NCBI RefSeq assembly: GCF_006345805.1
Contig: NC_043016.1
Location: 10,850,001-10,914,000 of the forward strand
Source of the DNA: Octopus sinensis
Lineage: Eukaryota
Length of the DNA stretch: 64,000 nt
Direction of reading: 5' to 3'
Position 1 is the first letter of the stretch. Each line of letters starts with the position of its first letter. This document shows positions 1 to 11,515 of this stretch, piece after piece. The notes under the pieces are model-generated. The model was not told the origin of the DNA, searched no databases, and worked only from the letters and a program-made list of their open reading frames with translations. The translations under genes were made by a program, and so were the position numbers.

Positions 1-94
1 AATGCTTTCATTACCAAATGCCATTGAACTTTACACATGCGACTCTGATAGCCTGCCATTTTACTGCGAACATATATGTCAGATGTATATAAAT

Positions 95-595
95 GTCTCC
101 ATGTATATATGTATGTGTATTTGTACATGTGTGTGTGTGTGTGTGTGTGCGTACATATATATATGTGAGTGTGTTTGCATGTGAGCATATTTGTGTATGT
201 ATGTGTGTACGTGTGTGTATGTGCATGAGTATATGTGTGTATGTATGTGAGTGTGAGTATATATGAGTATTTCTGTGTATTGAATGTTTCTCTGTGTGTA
301 TGTGTGAGTGTTTGGGCATGTGTGTGTGTGTGTTCGAGCATGTGTGTGTGTGTGTTTGTGTGTGCATGTGTGTGTGTTTGTGCGTGTGTGTGCGTGCATA
401 TATATGTGTGTTTGCATGTGAGCATATTTATGTGTGTTTGCATGTGAGCATATCTATGTGTGTGTGTGTATGTGCATGAGTATATGTGTGCATGTATGTG
501 AGTGTGAGTATACATGAGTATTTCTGTGTATTGAATGTTTCTCTGTGTGTATGTGTGAGTGTCTGTGCATGTGTATGTGAGTATTTGAGCATGTG

Positions 596-643
<48 letters not shown>

Positions 644-747
644 AGCATGTGTGTTTGTGTGTGCATGTGTGTGTGTTTGTGCATGTGTGTGTGTGTGTGT
701 TTGTGTGTGTTTGTGTTTGTTTGTGATTGTGTGTATGTTTGTGTGTT

Positions 748-786
<39 letters not shown>

Positions 787-820
787 GTTTGTGTGTGTGT
801 GTGTGTGTCTGTGTGTGTTT
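95..820. repeat. (TG)n/(TGTA)n compound microsatellite with internal ~251-bp duplication
   Basis: Block gcatgagtatatgtgtg...ttgaatgtttctctgtgtg recurs at 223 and 474. Confidence 0.9.
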
Positions 821-1906
821 TAGAGAGCCGTGTTGTGAATAAGTCTTGTACCAAAAACATGAAGCTGAGAACAATGAAAGAATGAATGATAATGTTACTG
901 GTCAGGCTAGAGGCAAGAAGACAAAAGACAAATGAATAAACACCATGGTCATTCAAAGCCAGCTATAGAATAAAATCATCTATAGGAAGAAAAAAATCCA
1001 ACTAAGGCAGCAATATAAATATATAAATCATTCAATCAATAAATAGATATAAATGAAATTTTTTTTTTTTTTTTTTTTTTTTAGAAATCTATACAATTAC
1101 AAGCAGTTATGGAATAACAAGAATTACAAGGAGAAATGGCAATGCAGTAAAAACAAAAAAAAAAAAAAATTCCATTTAAAAAAAAACTTTAGCAAATGAA
1201 AACAGAAAACAGATATCTACTCAAATCTTTCATCATCATCATCATCATCATCACCATTGCTCTCATCATCACTATTGCCATCATCATCATCATCATCATC
1301 ACTATCGCCCTCATCATCATTATCACCATTTGTCTGCTTTGGAATGGTTTTGGTTTCTACAGATGGATGCCTTTCCTAACACCAACCACTTTACAGAGAA
1401 TACTGGGTGCTTTTTTTTACATGGCACCAGCATCAGCACATTTTAGCAGTATTTCTTCTGTCCTTACATTCTGAGTTCAAATTCCACCAAGGTCGACTTT
1501 GCCTTTAATCCTCTCAGGGTCCATAAAATAAGTACCAGTGAAACACTGGGGATCAATAAAATTTATTATCCCCCCCCTCCCACCAATATTTCAAGCCTTG
1601 GGCCTATAGTACAAAGGATTCAATATATATACAATGCATAAATACGAGCTACTGTTAGTTTCATGCTGTGGAAACACAATATACCAGCAGATTTATATAT
1701 CATGCCTTGTACTTTAAAGGAATCCTTCAGGCCCAAATACACAACATGGCTGGTCTCATTTGAAAAAGCAACAAAGGACGCTGGCCAATAAGGGAACATG
1801 AAAAAGGATGAGTGGAACATGAATATCAAAGTATATGTTTTGTCTCTGACTAGGTAACAAAGTATCTCCTTCTGTCCTCTTTCTTGTACCCTTCTGCTCA
1901 CTCTCT

Positions 1907-1942
<36 letters not shown>

Positions 1943-2109
1943 CCTCACTTTCTCTATTTTCTTTCTCTCTCTCACTCTCACACTCTCTTTCTCGATTTTT
2001 CATTCTCTCACTCTCTCTTTCTCGATTTTTCTTTCTCTCTCTCTCTTTCTTCTCTTTTTCTCAATCTTTCACTCTCCCCCCTCTTTCTCTCTCTCTCTCT
2101 CACACGCAC

Positions 2110-2655
2110 ACTGAGTAACCATGTACCTCCTCTATACCAAGACACCTATTTCTGCCTCTCTATTTCTCTGTTATACTCTAATCTTTCATCATATGACACA
2201 AGATCACCTCCTCCGATGCACGCTTCATTACAACAAGACACCTGTATGTGCCTCTCTATCACACTCTAACCTTTCGTCCTCTGACATTAGTTCCCTCTCC
2301 TCAAATGCCCCTGCCCCTCTCACAATTCCTTGCCTTGTGGGTTACTTGGTGACACTGCCAGTGCTGGTGCCATGTAAGAAACACCCAGTCCACACTGTAA
2401 AATGGTTGGCATTTGTAAGGGCATCCAGCCGTAAAAATCATACCAAAACTAACCTCACCTGTGCTTGTGCCATGTAAAAAACACTCAGTCTACTCTGCTG
2501 GGTGATTGGTATTAGGAAGGGCATCCAGCCATAAAATCTCTGCCAAAACAGACACAGTAGCCTAGGGTAGGTTTTCTACCTGGCCAGCTCCTGTCAACCA
2601 TTCTACCCATGCATGCATGGAAGATGGACGTTAAACAATGATGATGATGATGATA
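2110..2655 (+). mobile_element. Non-autonomous retroposon with RTE-type 3' tail; second copy at 11850-12440 (-)
   Basis: Body gtaaccatgtacctcctcta...caagacacctatttc followed by the shared tail ggttggcatt..gaagggcatccagc...gacgttaaac(gat)n; reverse-complement copy near 12 kb. Confidence 0.65.
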
Positions 2656-2695
2656 TATATGTATGTATATATACAAACATACATACTCAAACAAC

Positions 2696-2745
<50 letters not shown>

Positions 2746-3371
2746 TATGTATATATACATTTACACATATATATGCACACAGATATAAGCACATACATAT
2801 ATAAACACATATATATATATTTGTAAACATACATATAATTATCATCATCATTAAATATCCAGTTTTCCATGCTAGCATGGGTCAATTTGCCGAGGCAGAT
2901 TTTCCACAACCAGATGCTCTACCTGTGATCAACTCTCACCTATTTTCCAAGCAAGGTAATATTTTCCCGATGGCCTGACATGCTTTCCACAGAAGACTGG
3001 ATATGAACAACACCATCTGTATGATGGTGATGTTGCTTACAACCATCACATGATATCTAGACAAGGGGACACACAAACACACACGCACAAACACATACAT
3101 ACATACACACACACAAACACATATGCACAGACAAACACATACATACATACACACACATATATATATACACATTCATTCATACATACATACACACATACAT
3201 GCTCACCTACCTACCTACAGATATACATACACACATAATTACTGGCCTGCCAAACTAACTAGTACCTACTTACCTACCTATCCACCTACATACCTACTTA
3301 TTTACATACATACATACATGCATACATACATTCATACACACATACATACCTACATACATACATATACACAC

Positions 3372-3440
<69 letters not shown>

Positions 3441-3567
3441 TCCATACATACATACAAAAATACCCTGTTGTTGATGTTGAAATTCCAATGATCTAGGTTA
3501 GAAACAGGTTCTTCCTCTATTGGCAAGAAATCATGAAATAAACCAAATAATGACATACATACATACA

Positions 3568-3818
3568 TATTGTTGTGGCCCAAACTTTGGAACATATTTT
3601 TGTATACATGATGTCCTAGCTTCTATTTATTAAAAACAAGCAATTTGGTCTGGAACCATATTTTTGATTTTGCTTATTTTGTCTTCTAGATAGGGAACCA
3701 TTGGAACACTTCTTAGGTAAGTATATTCCTACATTGTATATATTTGAATCGAATTATACTTGGGTATAACAATTTCAATTTTAAAAAAAAATCTTCAAAA
3801 CTTTTGGCCACAACTGTA
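3568..3818. mobile_element. Tc1-like MITE
   Basis: TIRs tgttgtggcccaaactttg / caaaacttttggccacaactg followed by TA. Confidence 0.7.
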
Positions 3819-3950
3819 CATACAAACACATATACCTACCTACATACAAACACACACACACACATACTGTAGCATTTAAACATTTGAAATGAAATGAATA
3901 GTAATTATCATTATTATTATTATTATATGTATAATACTCATGTTGCTTAC

Positions 3951-4137
3951 TTCTTTGTCACTGGAAGTGGCCTTTCATCATATTCAGAACGAGGAGGGGG
4001 AGGAGGAGGAGGTCTTTCATCATAATCTGAATGAGGAGACAGTGGTGGTGGTGGAGGTCTTTGAGATGAAACCATACCCTGTTCTGCGGTATCAATATTC
4101 AGAGGAGACAGAATCGGTTCGGTTTCTTTAAACAGTT
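3951..4137 (-). CDS. CEP104: CEP104 coding exon (proline-rich linker with YDERP motifs), 187 nt, phase 1-2
   Basis: atattcAG|AA CTG TTT...AAG AA|GTaagc; LFKETEPILSPLNIDTAEQGMVSSQRPPPPPLSPHSDYDERPPPPPPPRSEYDERPLPVTK; YDERPLP matches human LPYDERPLPAIRK. Confidence 0.9.
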
Positions 4138-4211
4138 CTGAATATTAAAACAGAAAGACGAAGAATTAATTATCACCTTTTTGCTTTCTTTGTTATCGTT
4201 TAAAGAAACAT

Positions 4212-4583
4212 TTAACCATTCTCACACCAGCTCCCACCTCAGACCATCCCAAGTTCTATGAGACAAATTCCTTGTTTTAAAGAGATCAAATTAAAACCTT
4301 CTTCCATCGAAAATTTCCTGTTAGATGATGCTCTGAACACCTGCTTAGTAATAATAAAGTTATTTCACTAAATTCTTCATTATTTTCAAGATCAATTGTA
4401 ACAAAGGCAACTGATAAATGGTAACAAAAAGTTTAAATTATTTAAATCAAAATCTTCCATCAAAATTCTGTGTTAATTTATGTTCCAAACACCTATTTAA
4501 TGATGACAAAGTTATTTTATAAAATTCTCTACTCTTTTCCCAATTCATTAAAACAAAGTGAATTTCAACAGAAATATGGTTAA
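4212..4583. mobile_element. piggyBac-like MITE
   Basis: TTAA-ccat ... atgg-TTAA termini; internal duplicated block aaaatcttccatc..aaagttattt. Confidence 0.5.
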
Positions 4584-4629
4584 AAAGGACTAACCATTTT
4601 GACCCCAACCTACCAGAAACTGACTACCA

Positions 4630-5205
4630 TGAATATTAGGGAACATATTCTTGAGACAGAGTAGGAGGTAGATACTAATGACATCAGTGACCTGGGCCAA
4701 GTTGTTAGATCCTATGGCAATATCAAAATTATTAGGGGTGCCACATCTCATCCACGCTTTACCCTCAAAGTCAATAAGACTTTATCAATTTTATCTCTAG
4801 AAAAATTCCTAGCAAAAGTTAAAGTTTTACAAAGAAGTATAGGGGAAAGGCTAAAATAATTTGCATTAATATTGAATTGTAGAAAGGAGTACTTACATTT
4901 ATTATCTAAAGAGGTAAACCACTGTATGACCTCACCTGTATTTGACCATAAATTAAAGGGTATCATAGGAATCAGTTAAGGTATAATTCTATCTAGTATA
5001 GTTTTACGTAAATGACTGATGTGTACTCTAATAGAGTATATGAGTCAAACTGATGGGTTATCAAAAAATTTCTGTTTGTGGTCCTTTAAGTATATTCTCG
5101 GTTCACAAGGCTTAACTGGTTCAGTCTGGTCCAACAGTTTTAGTTTATCTATAATTTTACATCTCAGAGTTAATTTTATTGAGGTTGGATTTATAGTGGC
5201 ATAAA
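4630..5205 (-). pseudogene. Degenerate Penelope-like element reverse transcriptase fragment
   Basis: Translation IYLKDHKQKFFDNPSV*LI...NLWSNTGEVIQWFTSLDNKCKYSFLQFNINANYFSLSPILLCKTLTFAR...NNFDIAIGS follows the PLE RT pattern LKDHK.NF..NP.CRLI / NQW.NT..VI.WF / F.QFDI..FYPSI / FDV.MGS. Confidence 0.75.
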
Positions 5206-5247
5206 CTGGTGAAAAGGAAGGAAAAGTAATGCATTATACACACATAT

Positions 5248-5282
<35 letters not shown>

Positions 5283-5290
5283 AACAAACA

Positions 5291-5860
5291 TAACTGGCAT
5301 TTTGTTAGTTATGACAACAATGGTTCCAGTTGATCTGACTAACGGAACAACCTGCTCATGAAATTAAGAGGAAGGTGGCTGAGTATTCCACAGGCATGTG
5401 TACTCTTAATGTAGTCCTCGGGGAGATTCAGCTGGACACAGAATGTGACAAGGCTGGCCCTGTTTGAATTACGGTACAATTCATTTTTGCCAACTGAATG
5501 GACTGCAACAACATGAAACAATATACATATATATATATCTCAACTTAATGAATTCCTACACACATACAGACACACACACATAACTGGCACTTTGTTGGTT
5601 ATGATGACGAGGGTTTCAGTTGATCTGATCACCAGAACAGCCTGCTAATGTAGTTAATGTGCAAGTGGCCGAGCACTCCACAGACACATGTACCCTTAAC
5701 ATAGTTCTCAGGGAGATTCAGCGTGACACAGAGTGTGACAAGGCTGACCTTTTGAAATACAAGTACTATTCATTTTTGCCCGTTGAGTGGACTGGAGCAA
5801 CATGAAATAAGGTGTCTTGTTTAAAGACACAACGTATTGCCTAGAATTGAACTCACGACC
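5291..5860 (-). mobile_element. tRNA-derived SINE with tandemly doubled 3' body (290-bp period)
   Basis: taactggca...gttccagttgatctg...gagtggactggagcaac occurs at 5291 and 5581; forward copy of the family at 58302-58650. Confidence 0.75.
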
Positions 5861-6623
5861 AGTGGCAGCTTGTAGATAAAATTAACGGGGGTGCTGCTTC
5901 AGAAAATTTTTAGCCGTTGTTTTAATATTGTGTAAAAGGAAAGAAACATATAAAAAGAATATTTATACATAAACTTGATCGGTTCACGTTTTAGCCAGTG
6001 CCAGGTAGTGTGTTTAATTTGTTCACTGAACACTGCTACGAATTCCCCTTTGTTTTTCAAAAATCCCCCCTAAATCACAAAAAAAAGGCAAGGGACTGTG
6101 CCCTTTTTTTCAAATCCTGGCAGCAACACTGAAGCTGGAATCAGGATAATAATCTAATTCTACACTTTATCCCATTCAAGAATATAAACATGTTTTTAAG
6201 CACAACACATACAGTCAAAAAGAAACACTACCTTTCACCTGGCACTGTTGTCCATGCAGTGCTCTCTCTCCCTAGTGTGAAGCTTCCTATCTTAGACATG
6301 TGAGCATGTGCACCACATCATTGGAACTGCGAAGTGCACAGTTCTGTACAAGGATTTTTATATTTTTTTCATAAACTAGGGGATGGCTACTGACATTAAG
6401 CTTAAGGATTTATAATGTACAAATATAAAGAAAGACTTAAAGAAAAAAAGGATTCATTATATTGACTGTTATCGATAATATTGAGTGGAAATAAAGGGTG
6501 CTGCAGTTCCACAGTTCCTATACATGAACCACCACAGCTCACGACCTTGCGAATGTAAAACAAACACACTAACTACTAAGCTACATACCTGCCACACACA
6601 TACATGCACACATTTATACATAC

Positions 6624-6651
6624 CTGATGCTATAAGTTCTTTAGATTGGGT
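6624..6651 (-). CDS. CEP104: CEP104 28-nt microexon, phase 0-1
   Basis: T-rich tract aactttcAG|ACC CAA TCT AAA GAA CTT ATA GCA TCA G|GTatgt; supplies the phase change needed between exons 7881-8036 and 3951-4137. Confidence 0.75.
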
Positions 6652-6774
6652 CTGAAAGTTAAAAAAAAAAGAATACAGGTAAATTAGAGTAAAAAAACTG
6701 TTACATGAAATTTTAAAGCAGTTTTTCTTTGATTTTTTTAATGAAGTCGTTTTTTAGCCTCACTTCAAAGTTCG

Positions 6775-7066
6775 ACGAATACTTCCACAACCAAAGTTTC
6801 ACAACCACTTCCACAGTCAATGTTCCACAACCATTTCCACAACTGCTTCCACAACCAAAGTTCCACAAATACTTCCACAACCAAAGTTCCACAATCACTT
6901 CCACAGTCAATGTTCCACAACCATTTCCACAACTGCTTCCACAACCACTTCCACAACCAAAGTTCCACAAATACTTCCACAACCAAAGTTCCAAAAATAC
7001 TTCCACAATCAAAGTTCCACAAATACTTCCACAACCAAAGTTCCGCAACCACTTCCACAACCAAAA
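6775..7066. repeat. Minisatellite of ~9-bp (cttccacaa-like) units with 90-bp higher-order repeat
   Basis: acttccacaaccaaagtt..cacagtcaatgttccacaaccatttccacaactgc at 6781 and 6871. Confidence 0.9.
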
Positions 7067-7319
7067 ATGAAGGGTGGAGGCCTCCTATGCACAACCTCTG
7101 TCTCAGTACATAATAATAAAAATCACTTCAACCATACATGACCATCACATCTGAAGCGACAAAATAAATAAACATGCAGCAGCTTACAGTGTTCTGGGTG
7201 ATGAGACCATGTGAGGAATTGTGCAAAGAACCAGAAACTATTGGAGATGTGTTCAAACAGAAGACTGGAAAATACCATCGTGATGGTAATGGTGGTGGTG
7301 GTGGTGGCAGTGGTGGTGT

Positions 7320-7860
7320 TAATGAGGAGAGGAGGATGAAGAGGAAGAAAAGAGGAGGAAGAGGAGTGGGAAAAGAGGGGCGAGGCAAGGAGGAAGAGGA
7401 AGAGAAGAGGAGGGGGAGAGGAGAGGAGGGAGGGGAGGGAATGGGGAGGCAGAGAAGAGAAGGAAGAAGAGAAAAGGAAGGAAGTGAAGGGGGGTTGGAG
7501 GAAGAGGAGGAGGAAGAGGAAGAGAAGAGAAGGGGGTTGAGAAGGAGGAAGTGAAGGAAAGGGGAGGAGGAGAAAGAAGGGAAGGGGAGGAGGAAGTGAA
7601 GTAAGAGGAGGAAGGGGAAGAAGTGAAGGAAGAGGGGAGGAGAGAAGGAGGAGGAAGATGAGGGGAGAAAGATGGTAAGGAAGAGGGGGAGGAAGAAGAA
7701 AAGTGGAAGAGAAGGAAGAGGAGGCAGAAGATGAAGAGGAGGCAGAGATTGCAGTGGTAGTGGGGTCGATGATGATAAGTATGTTAATGATGGCAATGAT
7801 GATGATGACAACAAAGGCAATGACAGCAATGATGATGATGATGGTGATGATGATGAAATA
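7320..7860 (+). repeat. Polypurine (GGA/GAA) tract plus (GAT)n
   Basis: Direct reading. Confidence 0.9.
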
Positions 7861-7880
7861 TTCCATTTTTATCACCAAAC

Positions 7881-8036
7881 CTGTGGAAGTTCCAGAAGTG
7901 TTTTGATCTTGACTTCTTCATAAAGCTGTAACCTCAATTCAAAGATCTGTATTTTCTTCATCTGCGCTTTATCATAATCTTCATTTTCCACAGCTTGACG
8001 CTTCTCTACCTCAAGTTTGCCAAGTTTCTCTCCACT
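7881..8036 (-). CDS. CEP104: CEP104 coding exon (coiled coil), 156 nt, phase 0-0
   Basis: tttgcAG|AGT GGA...CCA CAG|GTttgg; SGEKLGKLEVEKRQAVENEDYDKAQMKKIQIFELRLQLYEEVKIKTLLELPQ versus VGERLGRYEVEKRCAVEKEDYDLAKEKK. Confidence 0.95.
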
Positions 8037-8186
8037 CTGCAAATGAAGAGAGATATTCTCACTATGACACCTAAGAAATTATAAATCCTCTCGAATCGTT
8101 TTGGCCTATATACATATATACCTCAAAATTCTATATATGTATGTATGCATCTATGTATGTATATATATATATATGTGTGTGTATAT

Positions 8187-10026
8187 GAGACTGAGCCGTG
8201 AAAATTGAAAAGGAAGAACGCTTCAGATAAGAATACAGAATCGCGGCAAACGCCAGTCGCAATCCAAAAACCTTCTTTGCCCATGTCCAACGGAATTCCC
8301 GCTTGAACAACCAAATTGCAACATTGGTAGACTCAACAAGTGTATCAATTGAGGACCCTTATCAGCAGAGTCAGTTATTTGCCAAGGCTTTTCCAACAAT
8401 TTTCAAACATGATGGTTGTTAACCCCCTCCATTTGATAGATCAGTACCACCAATGCCTAGATTGGTCATCACTCGGGACGAAGTTGAACACGTTATTCAA
8501 GGCCTTGATGTCAACAAGGGTCACAGCCCTGACAGCATACACCCATAGGTTATCAAAGCATTGGCTCCAGTCATCTGCGAGCATTTAACACTTCTATTCA
8601 ATATGTCATTGGCAATGGGTGTTATACCTGTGGACTGGAGAACAGCGATAATCTGCCCAATTTTCAAGAAAGGGAGCCGCGAAGACCAGCTTAACTACCG
8701 ACCAGTTTCCCTTACTTCAATAATCAGCAAGATGTTCGAAACCATCCTTAAGAAAAGTATGGTGCTCCACCTCCAAAACACAGCCTCTATCTCTGATTCC
8801 CAACACAGCTTCGTGCCGAAGAGGTCATGCTTGAGCAACTTACTGGTAATGGAAGAATTGGTGACGCGTATCCTGGATGATGGTGATGCTGTTGACATCG
8901 TTTTATTGGACTTTGCCAAAGCTTTTGACTCGGTTAACCACCGCCTATTACTTGTTAAGCTTCAAGCATATAGTTTCCATCCAGATATTGTACGATGGGT
9001 TGGTGCCTTCCTCTCAGATCGCTCCTTCCAAGTCCAAGTTAATGGTTTGCTGTCCGACGTCTCCAGTGCGAGCAGTGGCGTGCCTCAAGGTTCAGTGCTT
9101 GGGCCCTTAATGTTTTTAGTCTTCATAAATGACTTGCCCGACGACCTCACGCAACACACCCTTCTATTTGCCGATGATGTCAAACTGGTCGCTCCTCGTG
9201 GTGATATAGATGATCTTCATCAATGCCTCCACCAAGTTTGGAGATGGTCTAACGAATGGGACCTGTGTCTGAATGTGTCAAAGTGCTGTCATCTGCCTGT
9301 TGGCTCCTCTCCTGTAACTCAACTTGATTTCAAACCGGGTCGTCTGCTGCTGGAGAGGACCGACCAGGTAAAGGACCTGGGTATCTTGGTGGATTCTTCC
9401 ATTTTGCCTTCGGCCCAGTGCGTCCATGCTGCCAACAAAACACGCAGAGTTCTGTTTTTGATTCGACGGTCATTTGGAATGCTCACAGCAGCCATATTCC
9501 TACCGCTCTATGTCACGCTGGTGAGTACAGGATTCAAGCCTCTTCTTTTTATCTTCTCAAAGACATACATCATCTCGAAAGAGTCCAGAAGCTGGCTACC
9601 CGCATGGTTCTTGGTCTCAAGCATTTGTCTTATGAAGAAAGGCTGAAGACGCTTGACCTTTATTCTCTAGAAAAACGACGACGCCGTGATGATCTCATTC
9701 TCGCTCACAACATCATAAGCAGAAAGTGTAACCTCTTGAAAGAGCTGTTCTTCACACCTGCTCCAGAGCGTCGGCTGCGGGGTCACTCCGAAAAGCTCTA
9801 TGTGCGACGATTTCATCTCAATCAAAGGCGAGGGGCTTTCTCCATCCAGGTTGCGGATCCGTGGAACAAGCTGCCAGACGAGATAGTTACGATCGCTCGG
9901 TTCAAAGCCTCTCTTGACCAGAAATGGCCTGAACTCTTTGCATGAACACCCTCCCTGTACATAACTCCATGTCCCCCTACATGGTCTTGCTTTTTGCTTT
10001 TTGAGCCAAAAAATTAACTTAACTTA
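8187..10026 (+). mobile_element. 5'-truncated CR1-type LINE (RT domain with frameshifts), antisense to CEP104
   Basis: ORFs 8561-9646 and 9418-9945: QHSFVPKRSCLSNLL, LDFAKAFDSVNH, GVPQGSVLGPLMFLVFINDL, LFADD, LERVQKLATRMV, WNKLP; short 3' UTR ending (taact)n. Confidence 0.95.
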
Positions 10027-10357
10027 TATGCACACACTCAGGCACACACACAGATATACATAGACACACACACTTATACATAAACAAAAATACACATACA
10101 CATACATGAACACCTCTCTCCCCCATCCAGCCACATAACCCTCCACACACACATGCATACACAAACCCCACACACATACACATACATACAACTATCACTC
10201 ATCGTTTTGAAAACTTACATCAATTTTTGTTTAATTTTATTTTATTTTTAGAGTTTTTTTTCTTTTTTACTCTCTCTCTCTCTCTCTCTGTCAGTTTAAC
10301 ATTCATTAAAAATATATCAATTAAAAAAAAAAAACTAAAATATTAAAATAATACAAC

Positions 10358-10413
10358 CTTCTGTAATTTTTCAATTCCAATTTTGATACGCTTTGCAAAT
10401 TCATATCTTTCTT
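10358..10413 (-). CDS. CEP104: CEP104 coding exon (coiled coil), 56 nt, phase 1-0
   Basis: ttttcAG|AA GAA AGA...CAG AAG|GTtgta; (Q)ERYEFAKRIKIGIEKLQK versus ERYDYAKKLKQAIADLQK. Confidence 0.93.
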
Positions 10414-10725
10414 CTGAAAATGGAAACAAAATATTTTAGATTTATTTCAGTTCTTCCTTGTATTTATTTCATCTTTTACTCTTTTACTTGCTTCAGTCAT
10501 TAAACTACGGCCATGCTGGGGTACCGCCTTTAAGAATTTTTAGTCAAATAAATTGACACCAGGACATTTTTTTTTTTTTGAAGATGGTACTTATTCGAAC
10601 TTTTGCTGAACTGCTAAATTACAAGGATGTAAACAAACCAACACCAGTTGTCAGGCAGTGGTAGAGAACAAACACAGACATAGAGACACACACACACACA
10701 TATACAATGGGCTTCTTTTAGTTTC

Positions 10726-11121
10726 TTATTTCTTTATTGCCTAAACATAGAGAGGACAGACAAAGGGATTAAGTCGATTAGATCGACCCCGGTGTGTAAC
10801 TGGTACTTAATTTATCTACCCCAAAAGTATGAAAGGCAAAGTCGAACTCAGCGGAATTTGAACTCAGAATGTAACGGCAGACGAAATACCTATTTCTTTA
10901 TTACCCACAAGGGGCTAAACACAGAGGGGACAAACAAGGACAGACATAGGTATTAAGTCGATTACATCGACCCCAGTGCGTAACTGGTACTTAATTTATC
11001 GACCCCGAAAGGATGAAAGGCAAAGTCGACCTCGGCGGAATTTGAACTCACAACGTAACGACAGACGAAATACGGCTACGCATTTCACCCGGCGTGCTAA
11101 TGTTTCTGCCAGCTCGCCGTC
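10726..11121 (-). mobile_element. tRNA-derived SINE family B (core ctttcatcctttcggggtcgataaattaagtaccag), tandem dimer nested in a family-A SINE
   Basis: Two successive bodies joined at gacgaaatacctatttcttt; B-box gagttcaaattcc; family-A halves at 10480-10725 and 11125-11285. Confidence 0.85.
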
Positions 11122-11284
11122 TTAGTTATTTTAGTTTCTGTCTACCAAATCCATTCACAAGACTTTGGTCTGCCCAAGGCTATAGTAGAAGTCACTTGAC
11201 CAAGGTACCACACAGAGGGCCTGAACCCAGAACCATGTGAATAGGAAGCAAACTTCTTACCACACAGCCATGCTTATACCTATT

Positions 11285-11515
11285 TATTTACTTATTTTAT
11301 TTATTTATTTTACTTATTTTATTTTTTACTTATTTATTTATTTATTTACTTATTTATTTATTTACTTATTTTATTTATTTTATTTATTTACTTATTTATT
11401 TATTTTATTTACTTATTTTATTCATTTACTTATTTTATTAATTTACTTATTTATTTACTTATTTATTTACTTATTTATTTATTTACTTATTTATTTATTT
11501 ATTTATTTATTTATG
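11285..11515. repeat. (TTTA)n microsatellite
   Basis: Direct reading. Confidence 0.95.

Noticed and set aside
1-63. Possible next CEP104 exon (ttcgcAG|T AAA ATG GCA..., phase-compatible, open to the window edge)
   Set aside because: Weak polypyrimidine tract, and the translation NKMAGYQSRMCKVQWHLVMKA shows no resemblance to CEP104
2-874. Long ORFs such as HTHT/CVCV here, and YLSI, poly-I, poly-H, poly-P and poly-E ORFs elsewhere
   Set aside because: Translations of microsatellites; no splice or homology support
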